NCBI GenBank assembly: GCA_964247055.1 | Contig: OZ176053.1 | Span: 2,232,001-2,296,000 of the forward strand | Direction: 5' to 3' | DNA: 64,000 bases | Source of the DNA: Paragordius varius | Lineage: Eukaryota > Animalia > Nematomorpha | Part shown: one piece after another, positions 44,069 to 57,279 of the stretch | Layout of the letters: each line of letters begins with the position of its first letter | Numbering within the stretch: position 1 is the first letter of the stretch | Made by a program: the position numbers and the translations under genes | The notes under the pieces: generated by a model | Told to the model about the DNA's origin: nothing | What the model saw: the letters and a program-made list of their open reading frames with translations, nothing else | Database searches by the model: none

Positions 44069-47000
44069 ATGATAAAACCTGATTCTCTTCGCCAAAGAAG
44101 AACTAACAACACACATAAATCTGACATGGTACCTTTTATAAAACCCAATTATTCGGCAGAAATAGTTGTTGATGAACGGACCCCAACTCCCCAATCTAAT
44201 GCAGAAGAAAACACCATGCTTTCCAACGAAGAAACCTGTTTAATAACTAGTAATATCTCTGGTTTAACTCTAAATATATAATTTTAGGTGGACCAAGCTT
44301 ATTTAAACATGATGACATGACAATTGAGAAACCGTTACAACAGTATGAAAGTGAGTCGACGATTAGTATTGGTTTACAAATATTTTTCCCATATATTGTG
44401 GCCGGATTTGGGACTGTAGGAGCTGGCATGGTCCTTGATATCGTTCAACATTGGCCAGTTTTTATTCAAATTTCCGAACTGTTTATATTGGTACCGGCTT
44501 TGCTTGGTCTTAAGGGGAACCTTGAAATGACACTTGCGTCGAGACTCTCAACTCATGCAAATTTGCATGATGCAGACGATAATGATCATAATCAAAATGA
44601 AAACAAATCTTTAAATTTATTGCCAAAAAAACAAGTTATATTTTTAAATATTTTTTATATAATTTAATGGTTGTTCGATCAATAATTAAATATAATGTCA
44701 TATATTTTAAATTTAAAATGATTGTTTATATGCAATTTTTTCAGGTAATTAAAATTATACTTTTTCAAATATTTTTTATCTAATTTGATTTATGTTTACA
44801 ATAGCACAACGGTCAAATGTCATTGATGAAAGAAACATCTTTTGTTTCAGAACCCGATACTATTGAATACCATCAATTGGTTGAAGATAATTTATCTGTC
44901 GAGTAAGTGTTTTAATTTATAAAATTATCCTTTTTATATCCAAATTTATTTTAATAAAAATCTGATTTATGCCTGATATCTAATCATTGTCCCCATTAAA
45001 CTTAGCCAATCACCAAAAATGCAACGCTCAAAAACATCATGCAATGGTTTTACGCAAGAGTAAGCCTTAAATATTTAATCCATAGTAATCCTATTCATTG
45101 TTTGAAAATATTAACTTTAAAGAAAAATGAATTATATATTTTCATGTTGAGAATTTCCAGTTTCACAGCATAAAAACTAAATTATTGTGTAAAAGCAAAT
45201 AATTATTTTAGATTCTCATATTAAATAATGGGAAAATATATAAGATCGCATAAACATTCTTTTTTGATCAATACAGTACCGTTTGGTAAAAAAACAACAA
45301 ACAGTTGAAAATAAACTTTCGTTTCCTGTTTAAAATTACACAAAATTTATTTATTACCATACGCTACTTTATATATATCCTTTCATACATTGTATCTAAA
45401 ATTACAAACTTTTTTATCTTTCTTTAGACAAAACTCACCTCAGTGTGCAAATGCGAAAGCCAACAGGACTACAATGGTGTTATCAAACGCTTGGATAATG
45501 TTAATTATTGGAAATCTAGCCTTAATTCAAGGCCAAGCTGCAATCATTGGTTTCCTGGCATCTTTTACCGCCATCGTTATGGGTTGGATCCCAGATGGCG
45601 CTTTTAATTTCACGCATGCTAAAATTATTGTAGCCAGTAGTATACTTACGGCTTCAATCGCTAGTGCTATCTTAGGTTATTTTATCCACACACGCTTTTT
45701 GAAAAATAATGATTTTTTGTTGAATATTTTTAATTATAGAGGTTTGTGGTTTTAAGTTTTTTTATATTTAGACTCATTGTTTGGAATCTTTGCATATTCT
45801 TAGGTTATTTATCCACACGCTTTTCCCAAAAAATAATGATTTTTTGATGAATATTTTGAATTTTAAGGGTTTGTGGTTTTAAGTTTAAATATTTGGATTC
45901 ATTTTTTTGGAATCTTTTCATATTCTTAGGTTATTTATCCACACGCTTTTTGAGATTCAGATTGTAGTTTTTTCTCAAGAAATAATGATTTTTTCTTGAA
46001 TATTTTGAATGGTTTGTGGTTTTAAGTTTAAATATTTAGAATTATTTTTTGGAATCTTTGCATATTCTTAGGTTATTTATCCACACACGCATTTTGATTG
46101 AGATTGCGGGTTTTTTCCTCGCCCCCAAGAAATAATGATTTTTTGTTGAATATTTTTAATTTTAGGGGTGTGTGGTGTTAAGTTTTTTTATATTTGGATT
46201 CATTTTTATTCTTTTTATATTTTTAGGTTATTTATCCACACGCTTTTTGAGATTCAGATTGTAGTTTTTTCTCAAGAAATAATAATTTTTTCTTGAAAAT
46301 TTTGAATTTAGAGGTTTGTGGTTTTTTTGCTTTTTTAAGTTTTTTGGAATCTTTTCATATTAAATGTATGTTTTTTTTCATTACTAATATATTTGAGTCA
46401 GTCTAAAATGAGTTTAATTAGTTTTTAGAATTCAAATTGGTATTTTTTTTCAAATATAAAGTTTGCAACGAAAATGAAAATTGATATCTTAAAATTATTT
46501 TTACGATATAAGAATTCAGCTTTTTGAGAATTCGTTTTTTTTTCTATAAATTGAATTTGGGAAATAAATTATTATTTTTTATATTGACTGTTTTCTTGTC
46601 GTCTTTGACCAAAACATATTTAAATAATATGGTTAATTGTATAGTTTTATAAGTTAAATTACATTTTTTAACCCAAACAACATTGCGGAATTAAAAATAA
46701 TTAAGTAGAAAATATATTAAGGGGTGTTTTTAATAGTAAAATCCAAATTCTTCCCATATTATATAAAAAATAAAATATTTTACATGAGTTTTATCAAATA
46801 AATAATTAAACAAGTTCCTACAATATTGATAGCGCTATTTTAGTATATTTTGGTTTTTATCTTGGATTTTCTTTTTTATCGCTAGTTTTTGTAATTTTTA
46901 AATTTATATAAAAATTAAAATAAATAAGTTACAAATTTAATAAGATTATTATGACACTAAAACAATTTTATAAGAATGAAAGCGGGATTTTTTTATGTTT

Positions 47001-48861
47001 CAAAATTTTTTTACGATTAAAAATAAAAACCAGGAAGTAATATAATTTATCTTTACGTAATCAGGTATAATTAAACTAATGCTTAAAAAATTTTTTATTA
47101 TTCCTTAAGTTTTTGGAAAAAAAATATTTTCTAGTAAACGACAATTCTATTATATGATATTTATTTTTAATAAATAATTTTTTAATATTGGAATCATTTA
47201 AATTCAGCAATAATTGATTTTATTTAAAACAAACATTTTGAATCACTAAAAGTATTTTTTTGTAAAATATAAAAAGATAAATATATGAATAAATATATAC
47301 TGAAATTGCCATCATTTATTTTATTTTGTTGTATAATTATATCAAATTTTTGACTTTTATTCAATTAATATATCCATGTAAAAATTATACTTCAACACCC
47401 TTGAACAATTCAAATTCACCCTAGGACATTTTAATTTAAAAATTACCTATATTTTTTTCATATTTTTTATTAAATGAAATTTCTTTTATAATAATTCACA
47501 TATAATATAGAAAAAAACGATAAACTATGCCATAATAAAAAAATTATAATAAAATAATAATGAGTTTTTAAGCTCGAAGAAACACCTAATTTATTTTTAA
47601 GGGGTGAATTTGATTGTTCAAGGGTGAATTTATAAATTCTTCAAGAGCGAAATTTTTAAAATTTTTTAATATTATCCAAAATATATTTTTTTAACTTTTA
47701 TAATATACTATTTACAATTCAAATTCACCCTTGAGCAATTTAAATGCACCCTCAAATAAATTATAAGTTTTTTAAGATTGAAAATTACCTATATTGTTAT
47801 ATATTTTTAAAAAATAAAATTTTGTTTTAAATTAAAATAATACTAAAAAAATCATAATAAACTATGCCATAAAGATATATTTTATATTGCTAATAAGTTA
47901 TATTATTTCGAAAACACCTTAATTTATTTTTAGAAAGGTGAATTTGAATTGTACAATTGTTCAAGAGTGAATTTATAAATTTTTTAATATATTATTTTTC
48001 TAGGTGTATGCCATAAAGATATATTATATATTTATAATGAATTATATTAGTTCGAAAACACATAATTTATTTTTAAGGTGAATTTGAATTGTTCAAGGGT
48101 GAATTTATAAATTTTATAAAAGATTCAAAATATATTTTTTAACTTTACAAATCCAGGTGGTATAATGGTGACGGTTGTCGTATTATCACGTCACTTTAAA
48201 CTAAATCCTGATAATATTGCGACACCGATAGCGGCCAGTTTGGGTGATTTAATAACGCTCGGGATTTTGGGTTTCATTGCACGGCATCTTAGTAATTCTA
48301 TATGTAAGTTTTTTTTATAAAAAATGATTAATCTTTTTTATTAATTTATTAACGTTTTTTTATTTCAATCTTATGTTATATTAGGGTAATATTAAAGAAT
48401 AAAAATATAGAAAATATTAGTGAAAAAAAGTTTTCATGGCATTTTTTACTTTTTTGTCTTGGATTAATAAGAACTAACTTAAAGAGTTCAAGGACACTCC
48501 TGAAGTGATGGATAAAACGTAAAAATATAGAGACTGATATTTTTTCTTAAACAAACCATACTTTTTATTTTTTAAATATAACATTGTTCTATACTCCAAA
48601 GTACAGAATAGAGATGTATATTGGTAACACAATTGTTACATATTTAACGATTGTTATTAAATGATTTTAATAGGATAATTTTAGGTTTGAAATAGTAGTA
48701 TGAGAATATATTTTAAAAAAAATTCTTCATATCTTTATGTTTTGTCCGTTTTAATTTTTACTGTAAAATGTCATACTATTTAGTTAAATGATTATGTCAA
48801 TTTCTTCCTATAAAAAACATGATAAATAGGGTTAAAAATATTTATATAATTTACATTTTTA

Positions 48862-48892
<31 letters not shown>

Positions 48893-51800
48893 CGCATAGT
48901 AACTAACCCGAATATATGTTATTACGTTATGATAACATACCTGTTACTTACACCTCTATGGCTCTACATATGTTACCACAATGAATTTACTCGAAAAGTT
49001 GTTATCTCTGGTTGGTCTCCTATCATATTTTCCATGCTCATTAGCAGGTAACCATAAAAAATTTAAAAGAATAGGTTTAATTTATCATAAAAAATCTTAA
49101 AAAATTGTAAAATTTTGAATATTTACATATATATTAATTTCTAATAAAAGTTTAATTAATAATAAAAATTTTGATTTTGTAAAAAAATTTACAGTATGTA
49201 TTTTAATGGTTGCTTATTTGACACTATAGGGCGGAAATTTGCAACACAGTAGTGTATGGGAAAAACAGTAAAATGATGAATAAACAATTTTTTTTTCTTT
49301 TTTCCATACGCTACTTTGTGCAAAATGCCCTACTCTAATGTGAAATAAGCAACCATTTATTTTGATAAACATAGATTTTTGATCTTGTTTTTGTGGGTAT
49401 ATTATATTAATTAAATCTGTTTCGAAAATACGTCCTTGGTTAAACCTGTTAGATCCGTTTTTGCGAAAAAATGCACATTATTATCTTTATAAAACCGAAA
49501 ATTAGTTTTGATTAGGCGTCAATTGATAATATAAAAGCGATTTTTTACAACGCTATCATTTTCATTTTGGTTAATCAATATATTATTGGTTGGTTGGTTG
49601 GAAACATGGGCCTGCTGAATAAAAACAAGCACCTACTGGGCAGTAGGTGCTTGATAGTATGTACCATTTTTTGAAAAAATATTGAATAAAAATAGGTACT
49701 TACTATCATGTACGTACTTAAGTTTTTAGTATGTGTAAAATGTTTATTTTCATTTTGTTTTTTTGTTTGTTTTCGATTTCATTCATAAAATGCGTTTGAA
49801 AAATTAATGTAAATTAGAAAGTCTAACTTTTGGAAAATAAATATCGATTATCAACCCATTATTTTAAAAATGCAATTATTAATACACATTTATTTATAAA
49901 TACACAAAAAATAAATTAAATAATGTTTGAACAATTGAATCTCGTTTCATTTTGCCAGCCTTGAGTATTTGGGTTAGATCAATATTTGTTTCACAATCCT
50001 CCACATATTCAATATCAAAATATGAATTACTTTCGAAATCTGTTAAGGGTTCGTTAAGATATTTGGATACATTATGTAATATGGAACATGTTAAAATAAG
50101 TTTTGGTATTCGTTTTAGACATACGAATTTTGTTACCGAGTATGGGAAATCGGGCCTTCATCTGACCGAAAACCCGCTCGATAATACTTCTTAACAATGT
50201 AATTATTGAATTTTTTCTCGTTATCGATAATCGTATTTTTGAAGGGGGCTAGGAGCCAGGGTGATAGTGGATATCCATTATACCCTAACAAACAAAAAAT
50301 CATTTTGTTTGCACATATAAATATACGAATAATATTATATTAGTTCATTATGAATGATATAAATCCTCCAAAAAGATTCTGAATTAAAGATATATATAAT
50401 TTTTAACCTATACAAAATATGAAAAGGTCATTTTATCCTAGTCATAAATCGAATTTGAATAAATCAGTGGTTAATATACAAAATAGCCTCATTCAAAAAT
50501 ATTCATACAAATATATATATATATATATATATAATATATAAAATTTAAATGTTTATAATATAAAATTAAGGTCATTATAAAGTATATAAACTCAAATTTT
50601 TTCCACAAAAAAGAAATGACGGAAGAAAATGATATAATTGTGGACATTCTCGAAAAAAATCAAATATTTTTTAACAAAAGTAATACAATCTCAATAAAAA
50701 AAACAAAGAAATGAAGTATACAAAAAAATACAAGTCGAAATTAAAAATATGAATGACAAATATATGAACATATCCCAAATCAGAAAAAAAATCAACAACA
50801 TGATATCACAAATCAAATTAAAGTTCGATAATTCGAAATCTGGAATGAAAACAATTTTAAAAACCTGGGAAATTAAATTGTAATCATTAATTTTTGATAC
50901 AGAAAAACCTATATTTGAAAAAATACAGGGCGCGGTATATTCAGACGGGGAATTATTGATTGATAAAGTAGATGATGACATAGAAAATCCGAGTATAATT
51001 ATCATAATTTAAAAATAGAAATCAAATCAGATACGAAGGAATCAAAACCGAGTATTTGTTTATATAATTTTGGAAAGGGAAAAAAGAATCCACCTACAAG
51101 GAACTGATATCACTGCAAATTGAGCTCACAAAGCTCAAAATAGAGAAAGAAAAAATTCTTATTAATAATATAACAAATGATATTTAATAAATATATTGAT
51201 ATGTTTATATATTTAAAAATACATATATCTTGATATTTTTATAAAAATATAACCGATATTATTTTAAGTGAAAAAATAATAGTTTAAAATGTTGCCATTT
51301 ACCAGCTTAAAAAAAACCAGTAGGTACTAGGTAAAATTTGTAAAAAGACAATTTTTATTCAATGATATTTGTCAGTATATACTGGTAAACATAGTACGTA
51401 CTGGATAGTAAAAGCAATATATTTTTTTATTCAATCCATAGCTAGTATATACTGGAAAAAACCTAGTTTTTAGTATATACTAGCTTTTATTCAACAGGCC
51501 CCATGTAATCGAATAACGACAGTTATTGATTTTTTAGGAAAACTTTCTTTATTTCGTTCTGTCATGGTTTTGCTTCTAAGGAGGATGGTTTTTATAGAGT
51601 TTTTCATTTTTATAAAAATTGAGATTTTATACGGACAAAGTGTAACAATATAAACACAAATATTGTTTTATGCCATACTTTTTAAATCTTGATTTTTCAA
51701 AATATCTTGTTTAAATGTAGGAAATAGTGATATATACATATATAGTAACGCAATCAATTATAAATTTTACAATTTTATTTAAATAATTTAGAAGGCATAA

Positions 51801-54800
51801 ATTAGATTTATAAAAAAGTATGGTTGTCTGTTGCGAAAAATAAAATACTTTTTCTCTCTATTTTTACGCTTTTTCCGCATAATTTCAATTTTTTCTGTAT
51901 ATATATACGCTTTTTCGTTAAACAAAAATATTTTACTTTTTTAAACCGCATTTTCTTGTTTGCATACTACATGCAACAGTGTTGGAGGTTTTATCCTAGA
52001 CTTTACAGTACATCGATTCCGTGGTATAGCCGTTTTCCAACCCGTTATAAATGGGGTGGGTGGGAATTTAGCGGCTATTCAAGCTAGTCGTCTCTCCACA
52101 GCTTTACATAAACATTCACGAAGAAAGAATCAACAACAAAATGTGGAACAAATAAAAAATGACATCGTTGAAAATGTCCCAAAGTTTGATATTAATTTGT
52201 TTTAATTTATCTTTTTTATGTATGTATATATATGTATTTGACTACGGCAATACGCGACTTTCTTTAAAAATTTTCAGCCCGCGAGAATTCCAAATCTAAT
52301 TTTATTTATATAAACTTCACATTTAAATCAGGCTTTACCGAATACTGGCAATGCGCTGGCAAAAATGTTAAAATAAATTGTAGTTTTTTACATTTTTTTG
52401 GTTAAAATCTAATTAAACCTTTTTTTAATGCCCATATTTTATGCGAATGCCCCCCGTGTATTTCTTGATTCAAATATGTGTTCCGCAAAGCCATTTGTAT
52501 TGGATACTCCTGTATTATACAGTAAAAAATTTAAAGCGTAAATTTTTCCTCTGAAGACAACCACATTTGTATATTGTTTGATTCACTGTATTAAGTAAAA
52601 TTATTAACATTAAGCTCTTAAACGGATTTAAAAATTTAATATCCTCTTTTATTAATTAAACCATTGATAATTCAAATTTACCCTTGAACATATAACTCAT
52701 TATTAATATAAAATATATTTTTTGCATAGTTTATAATTTTTTAACTATTATATTAATTTTAAACAAAATTTCCTCAATTTAAAAATTAATTTAATTTTAA
52801 AGAACGGTGAATTTGAATTGTCTAAGGGTGAATTCGAATTGTTAAAGGGTAAATTTGAATTGTTCAAGGGTGTTATTTGTAACAACTATTTAACTAATTT
52901 TTGGCAATACGATTATTAATAGCACATAATAATTGCACACAATTTACCTTATATTTTCAAAATCGAGAAAAAATTAGGGATGCAAAATATTGTGTTTTCT
53001 GTAAAAAAATATATTGCTTAAAACTTTAATTTTTATATAACTTAGGATCCTACCAATTATTAATGAAACTAATGTATCTTCATCATCGCTCAATATGGAA
53101 ACTCCAACCCGAAATCCGAATTTTAGCGTCAATTGTTGGAAAACATTTTTTGGCAAAGGTGATCTCATTCGAATTTCAAATTAATATCATTTTATTTTAA
53201 TTTATTTTTTGAATTTTGATTATAGATAATTTATATATTTTGATCCGTTTATAAATGCATATAATATATATATATATAGAAACAAAAACGTTTAAATTTA
53301 AGTATCGTGACTAAAATTAATGTAACATAATGGTATAAAACTTAAAATAAAGCTTAAAAATAATAAATGTTCTAATAAATTATATTAAATTTGTGAATGA
53401 CTTAAATTTTTTTTACTAATCATATCTGTAAAAACAAATTTTATAAAAAATATGGTTTCATTTAATTTTATTACACAATTTTTTTAACTAAAAAATGGTT
53501 TAAAATCATTTATTTTTAGATATAAATGCCAAAACTGCAAGAATACTCCTGGCTTTTGTTGTGCCTGGCCATTTAATATTTATGTACACGATATCATACG
53601 CCAAAGCTGGACACACTACTATAACACTAAATTTTGCCCTCGTATATTTAACTGCGGCCCTAATTCAAGTTTTTTTTCTGCAATTATGATAGCTATTTTT
53701 TGGATTTAAATATTTTGTTTAAAATATTAAAATTTAAAGCAAAAAAATGATAAATTGTTGTAGAAATCACGGTATTTAGCCCGCTTAAGGGTATTTTAAA
53801 TATGTATGGATAAGAAATGTAAATAATAGGAATTAGGTTTTACAAATCAAAACTTTTGTTTTTTACCGTAACATTAATTGAGTTTTTAACGTGTACAAAT
53901 AAAACTTACACAAAGGATTGTATTTTCCTATGATCTCTTCTTTTGATAATGACAAAAACCCATATAAAACCATTAATTAGGTTTTCTTCCTTTAAAGATT
54001 ATTAGGTACTTTATATACAATAAAAATTGAATTTACACAGGCAAAAATGTATAAATTAAAAGATATATTTTTTAAAATTAGAGATGTAAATTGGTAACAA
54101 ACTTAATTCTAATACTTCCTTTTTGTTGTTAGTAATACAAAAACGTATGGTATAAAACAAATTTTTTCCATAATTAAATAATCAAATTTATGTTATGCGA
54201 TAGGGCTAAATTGTTTGATTTCAATCATTTTCGATTTTTTACCCATACGCTACTGTTAATTTAATTGACCAAAATATTATGTGAATTAGCTATCAATAAA
54301 GTGAATATATATAACAAAATTGTATTTTATGTTATATTTTACAGTTTATGTGAATATCAAGGTTTTCAAAAGTATAATTTTCATTTTTAAAAAATTTATA
54401 CCTCTTTTATATAAAAGTATTAATTTTTGCTATAGAAATTTTACAGTAAAAATTGAAATTTTACGGACGAAACGCAAAAATATAAAGACAAATATTTTTT
54501 TTAAAAGACAACCATACTTTTAAATCTTAATTATTTTAAATTTAACTCATTGTTTCCAAAGCATAAAATTGAGATGTTTATTGGTAACATAATCAATCAA
54601 TTATATATTTTAGGCTTGTTATTTAATAGTTTTACTAGGATTAATTTAGGGTTTGAAAAAGTATGGTTGGTTTGTCTTTATATTTTTTGTCCGTATATAA
54701 TTCCAATTTAAATTTAAAAGGTTTTTATCCTACTTTACCTTACACAACGCATCGTTTTTTCCATGTGGTCTCGTTCCATCGATCCAGATAACGCTGCAAT

Positions 54801-54906
54801 TCCTTATATAACAGCTGTGGGCGATTTGCTAGGTACGGCCCTCTTAGCATTAGCTTTTTGGATTTTATGGTTTACGGGTGACAGAGATAGTGATCTTGGA
54901 GATTGA
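44069..54906 (+). CDS. SLC41A1: SLC41-family (MgtE-like) Mg2+ transporter; exons 44069-44261, 44288-44634, 44805-44902, 45006-45059, 45428-45675, 48157-48303, 48900-49047, 51980-52183, 53046-53158, 53520-53668, 54721-54906
   Basis: [68 protein letters not shown] and C-terminal GDRDSDLGD; all phases match. Paralogue number (A1/A2/A3) is not resolvable. Confidence 0.93.
45669..46340 (+). repeat. Intronic tandem repeat (5 units of about 125-155 bp), each containing ttag|gttatt, a copy of the exon 5 donor junction
   Basis: GT positions 45676, 45804, 45930, 46072, 46227, each followed by atccacacgc and aataat(g/a)attttt. Confidence 0.85.
49608..51501. mobile_element. PIF/Harbinger transposon relic nested in SLC41 intron: transposase C-terminus (-, about 49915-50285) and Myb/SANT-like ORF (+, about 50616-51170)
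   Basis: TIRs gggcctgctgaataaaa / ttttattcaacaggccc; 3-bp TSD cat; [12 protein letters not shown]...[13 protein letters not shown]...ILHN (DDE_Tnp_4-like) and QIRKKINNM...TWE; both frameshifted. Confidence 0.88.
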
Positions 54907-57279
54907 GGGAAATTATATATGTAAAAAGTAATTTGCAAAATATTTCCTTTTATTTCGGCCGGGTTTATTTTGATTTACAGTCATGTATGTTTAGAATCGT
55001 CAGATATTTTTGTTTTTAATTGTTTACAAGAAATAAGCTATTATTATTTTAATGCTTAAAAATGCGCATGTTGTAAGTTGACATATCAAACATTAAAACA
55101 ATTAAAAACAAATTAAAATCATAATGTCTGTCAATTCTACATATACATGACTGTATATTTGAAGATGTATTATTTTCACCTTAAATTTACCCTAAACCAG
55201 TGGTTTCCGAATAAGAGCTGTAGAAAAAATTTGGAAAAACGACCTTATAAATTTATGTTGATAAACCAATGTTTTGCTATTATCTAATAATTGGTTTATT
55301 TAATCTAATTTAATTTAAACGTTATACAATTTGATACCACCTTATGTGAAACTGGATTTAGCCTTGATTCACAATAAAAAATGAAATTATAAACTAGTTG
55401 GGAAAACAAATGCCCTATTAGACCATTTTAAGTTCACTTTAAAACATTTAGAATATACCCTTGAACAATTTAAAATATTTAACAGGTTTTGACGATAAAA
55501 ATAGGTCAATTTCGGCATTTATCATTTTTTTTGTTAGTTTTTCAATTTTAAACTTTTTCTGTTGAAGGGCAATGCAACATTGTGGTTTATATTTGGAAGC
55601 TATCTGTTTTAGATTGAGAATTAAAATATTATTTAAAAATAATATTAATTTAATGAAAACAATAATTTAAAATTAAAAATGTTATTTATATAGATGGCAT
55701 ATACTCCCTAACTAATATGATATCGTGGAGCAGTGGAATAAACTTATTAGAAAATTAAAATATTTAAAAATTCTCGCTTATAATGATTATCTTATTTGTC
55801 CAATTACGTTGAGATAATGAAAATATTCATGTATTAATGTATTTAATGAATATATAAAGTATTTTTTATGAATTATTTATACAATTTTATGACTTAATTA
55901 ATATACCAAAAAAAATAAATTAAAATGTGATGGTATGGTAATATATTTGTATATGGATTTAATATTAAAAATTTGCGTTTGAAGGGAAAATCGTTTAAGG
56001 TTATGAAAATTAAAAATTCTGATTTATGAAGGCAAAAAAATGTTTCTTACTGAAAAAATTTTATGAATTAAATTTGAAGATATGATGGCATTTATTAAAA
56101 TTATGATAAAACTCTTTTTAATTGTAAAGATCTGAAAACCAATAATCCTGTAAATGTATTAAATTTAATAAAATTAAACAGAAGCCAAAAATATATAAAA
56201 AAATATTTTTTAAATTTATTTTGTTTATTGAATACGATGAAAAGTTATTTTACAAACTAATTGTGCCCTTATTAATTCAATTTGAACATATCAGTATTCA
56301 GAGATTGCGTAGATGTATAAGAATATAAATATTTATTGTAGGAATTTTCAAACAACCAGTATTTTATAAAAGAAACTGTTTGTAAAATCATATATAGTAT
56401 AAACCATATTTTTACAGAATAAAATATAGCTTACTTGGTAATATTGATTTATTAAAGTAAATACTCCATTTTTTTTCTACATTATATTTAACACATTATA
56501 TTATACTTTTAAGATAATGTGCAATTTATTTAGGCCACAACAATATTACTAAAAATTTATATTTATAAATATATGGATATTTGAACGTAGTAGTTAATTT
56601 AAATGGATATTGTATTCAATAATTATTATCATATACTCTTGAAAATATATATATATAAATATATAAAGAGTGTTGTTTGAATTTTCAAATAAAAAGTTGT
56701 AAAATACTTTTCACATATGAGAGTTTGTGTGTTGTTTAGTGTGAAATGCATATTTAAACCAAAAATATTTTACTAGTAGGAAAAAAATATAAGTAAATTG
56801 CGTTGGTCAAAACTCGTATGTAATTGAGTGTGTATAAATAATTATTAATTCTAATTTGAGAAAAAATATAAATCAATTATATATATATATATATATATAT
56901 ATATGAATACAGCATGCACTGTTAAATCGAAGGAATGGCAATCAGTGTTAATCATATCATATACTTATATATTTTTTTAAACATTATTCAAAAATAGCGC
57001 AAAAAAATAAATTTAATAGTAGTATTAAATCATTAACTAAAACTGTAAAAATTAAATAATGCAAAAATGGGCGCACTTAAAAACTCAAAATATGCTGCCA
57101 AATTTATTATAATCCAAAAATATATAAAGGCCTTTTAAGTAACTCTAATTTAATATAAAATTATCGACTTTTTAGGCATATATTTTAAATTTTACCATGG
57201 AAAAAAACTTTATTCTCAAATTATTATAAGCTCAGAGCACGGTGTAAACTTTGATTACAGCGTATAAATAATTTAATTT

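Noticed and set aside
49952-51005. ORFs 49952-50194 (+) and 50691-51005 (-)
   Set aside because: Antisense shadows of the Harbinger transposase and Myb-like remnants.
55690-56330. Fragments resembling LRR/F-box-like coding sequence
   Set aside because: Multiple stops in all frames and no diagnostic motif.
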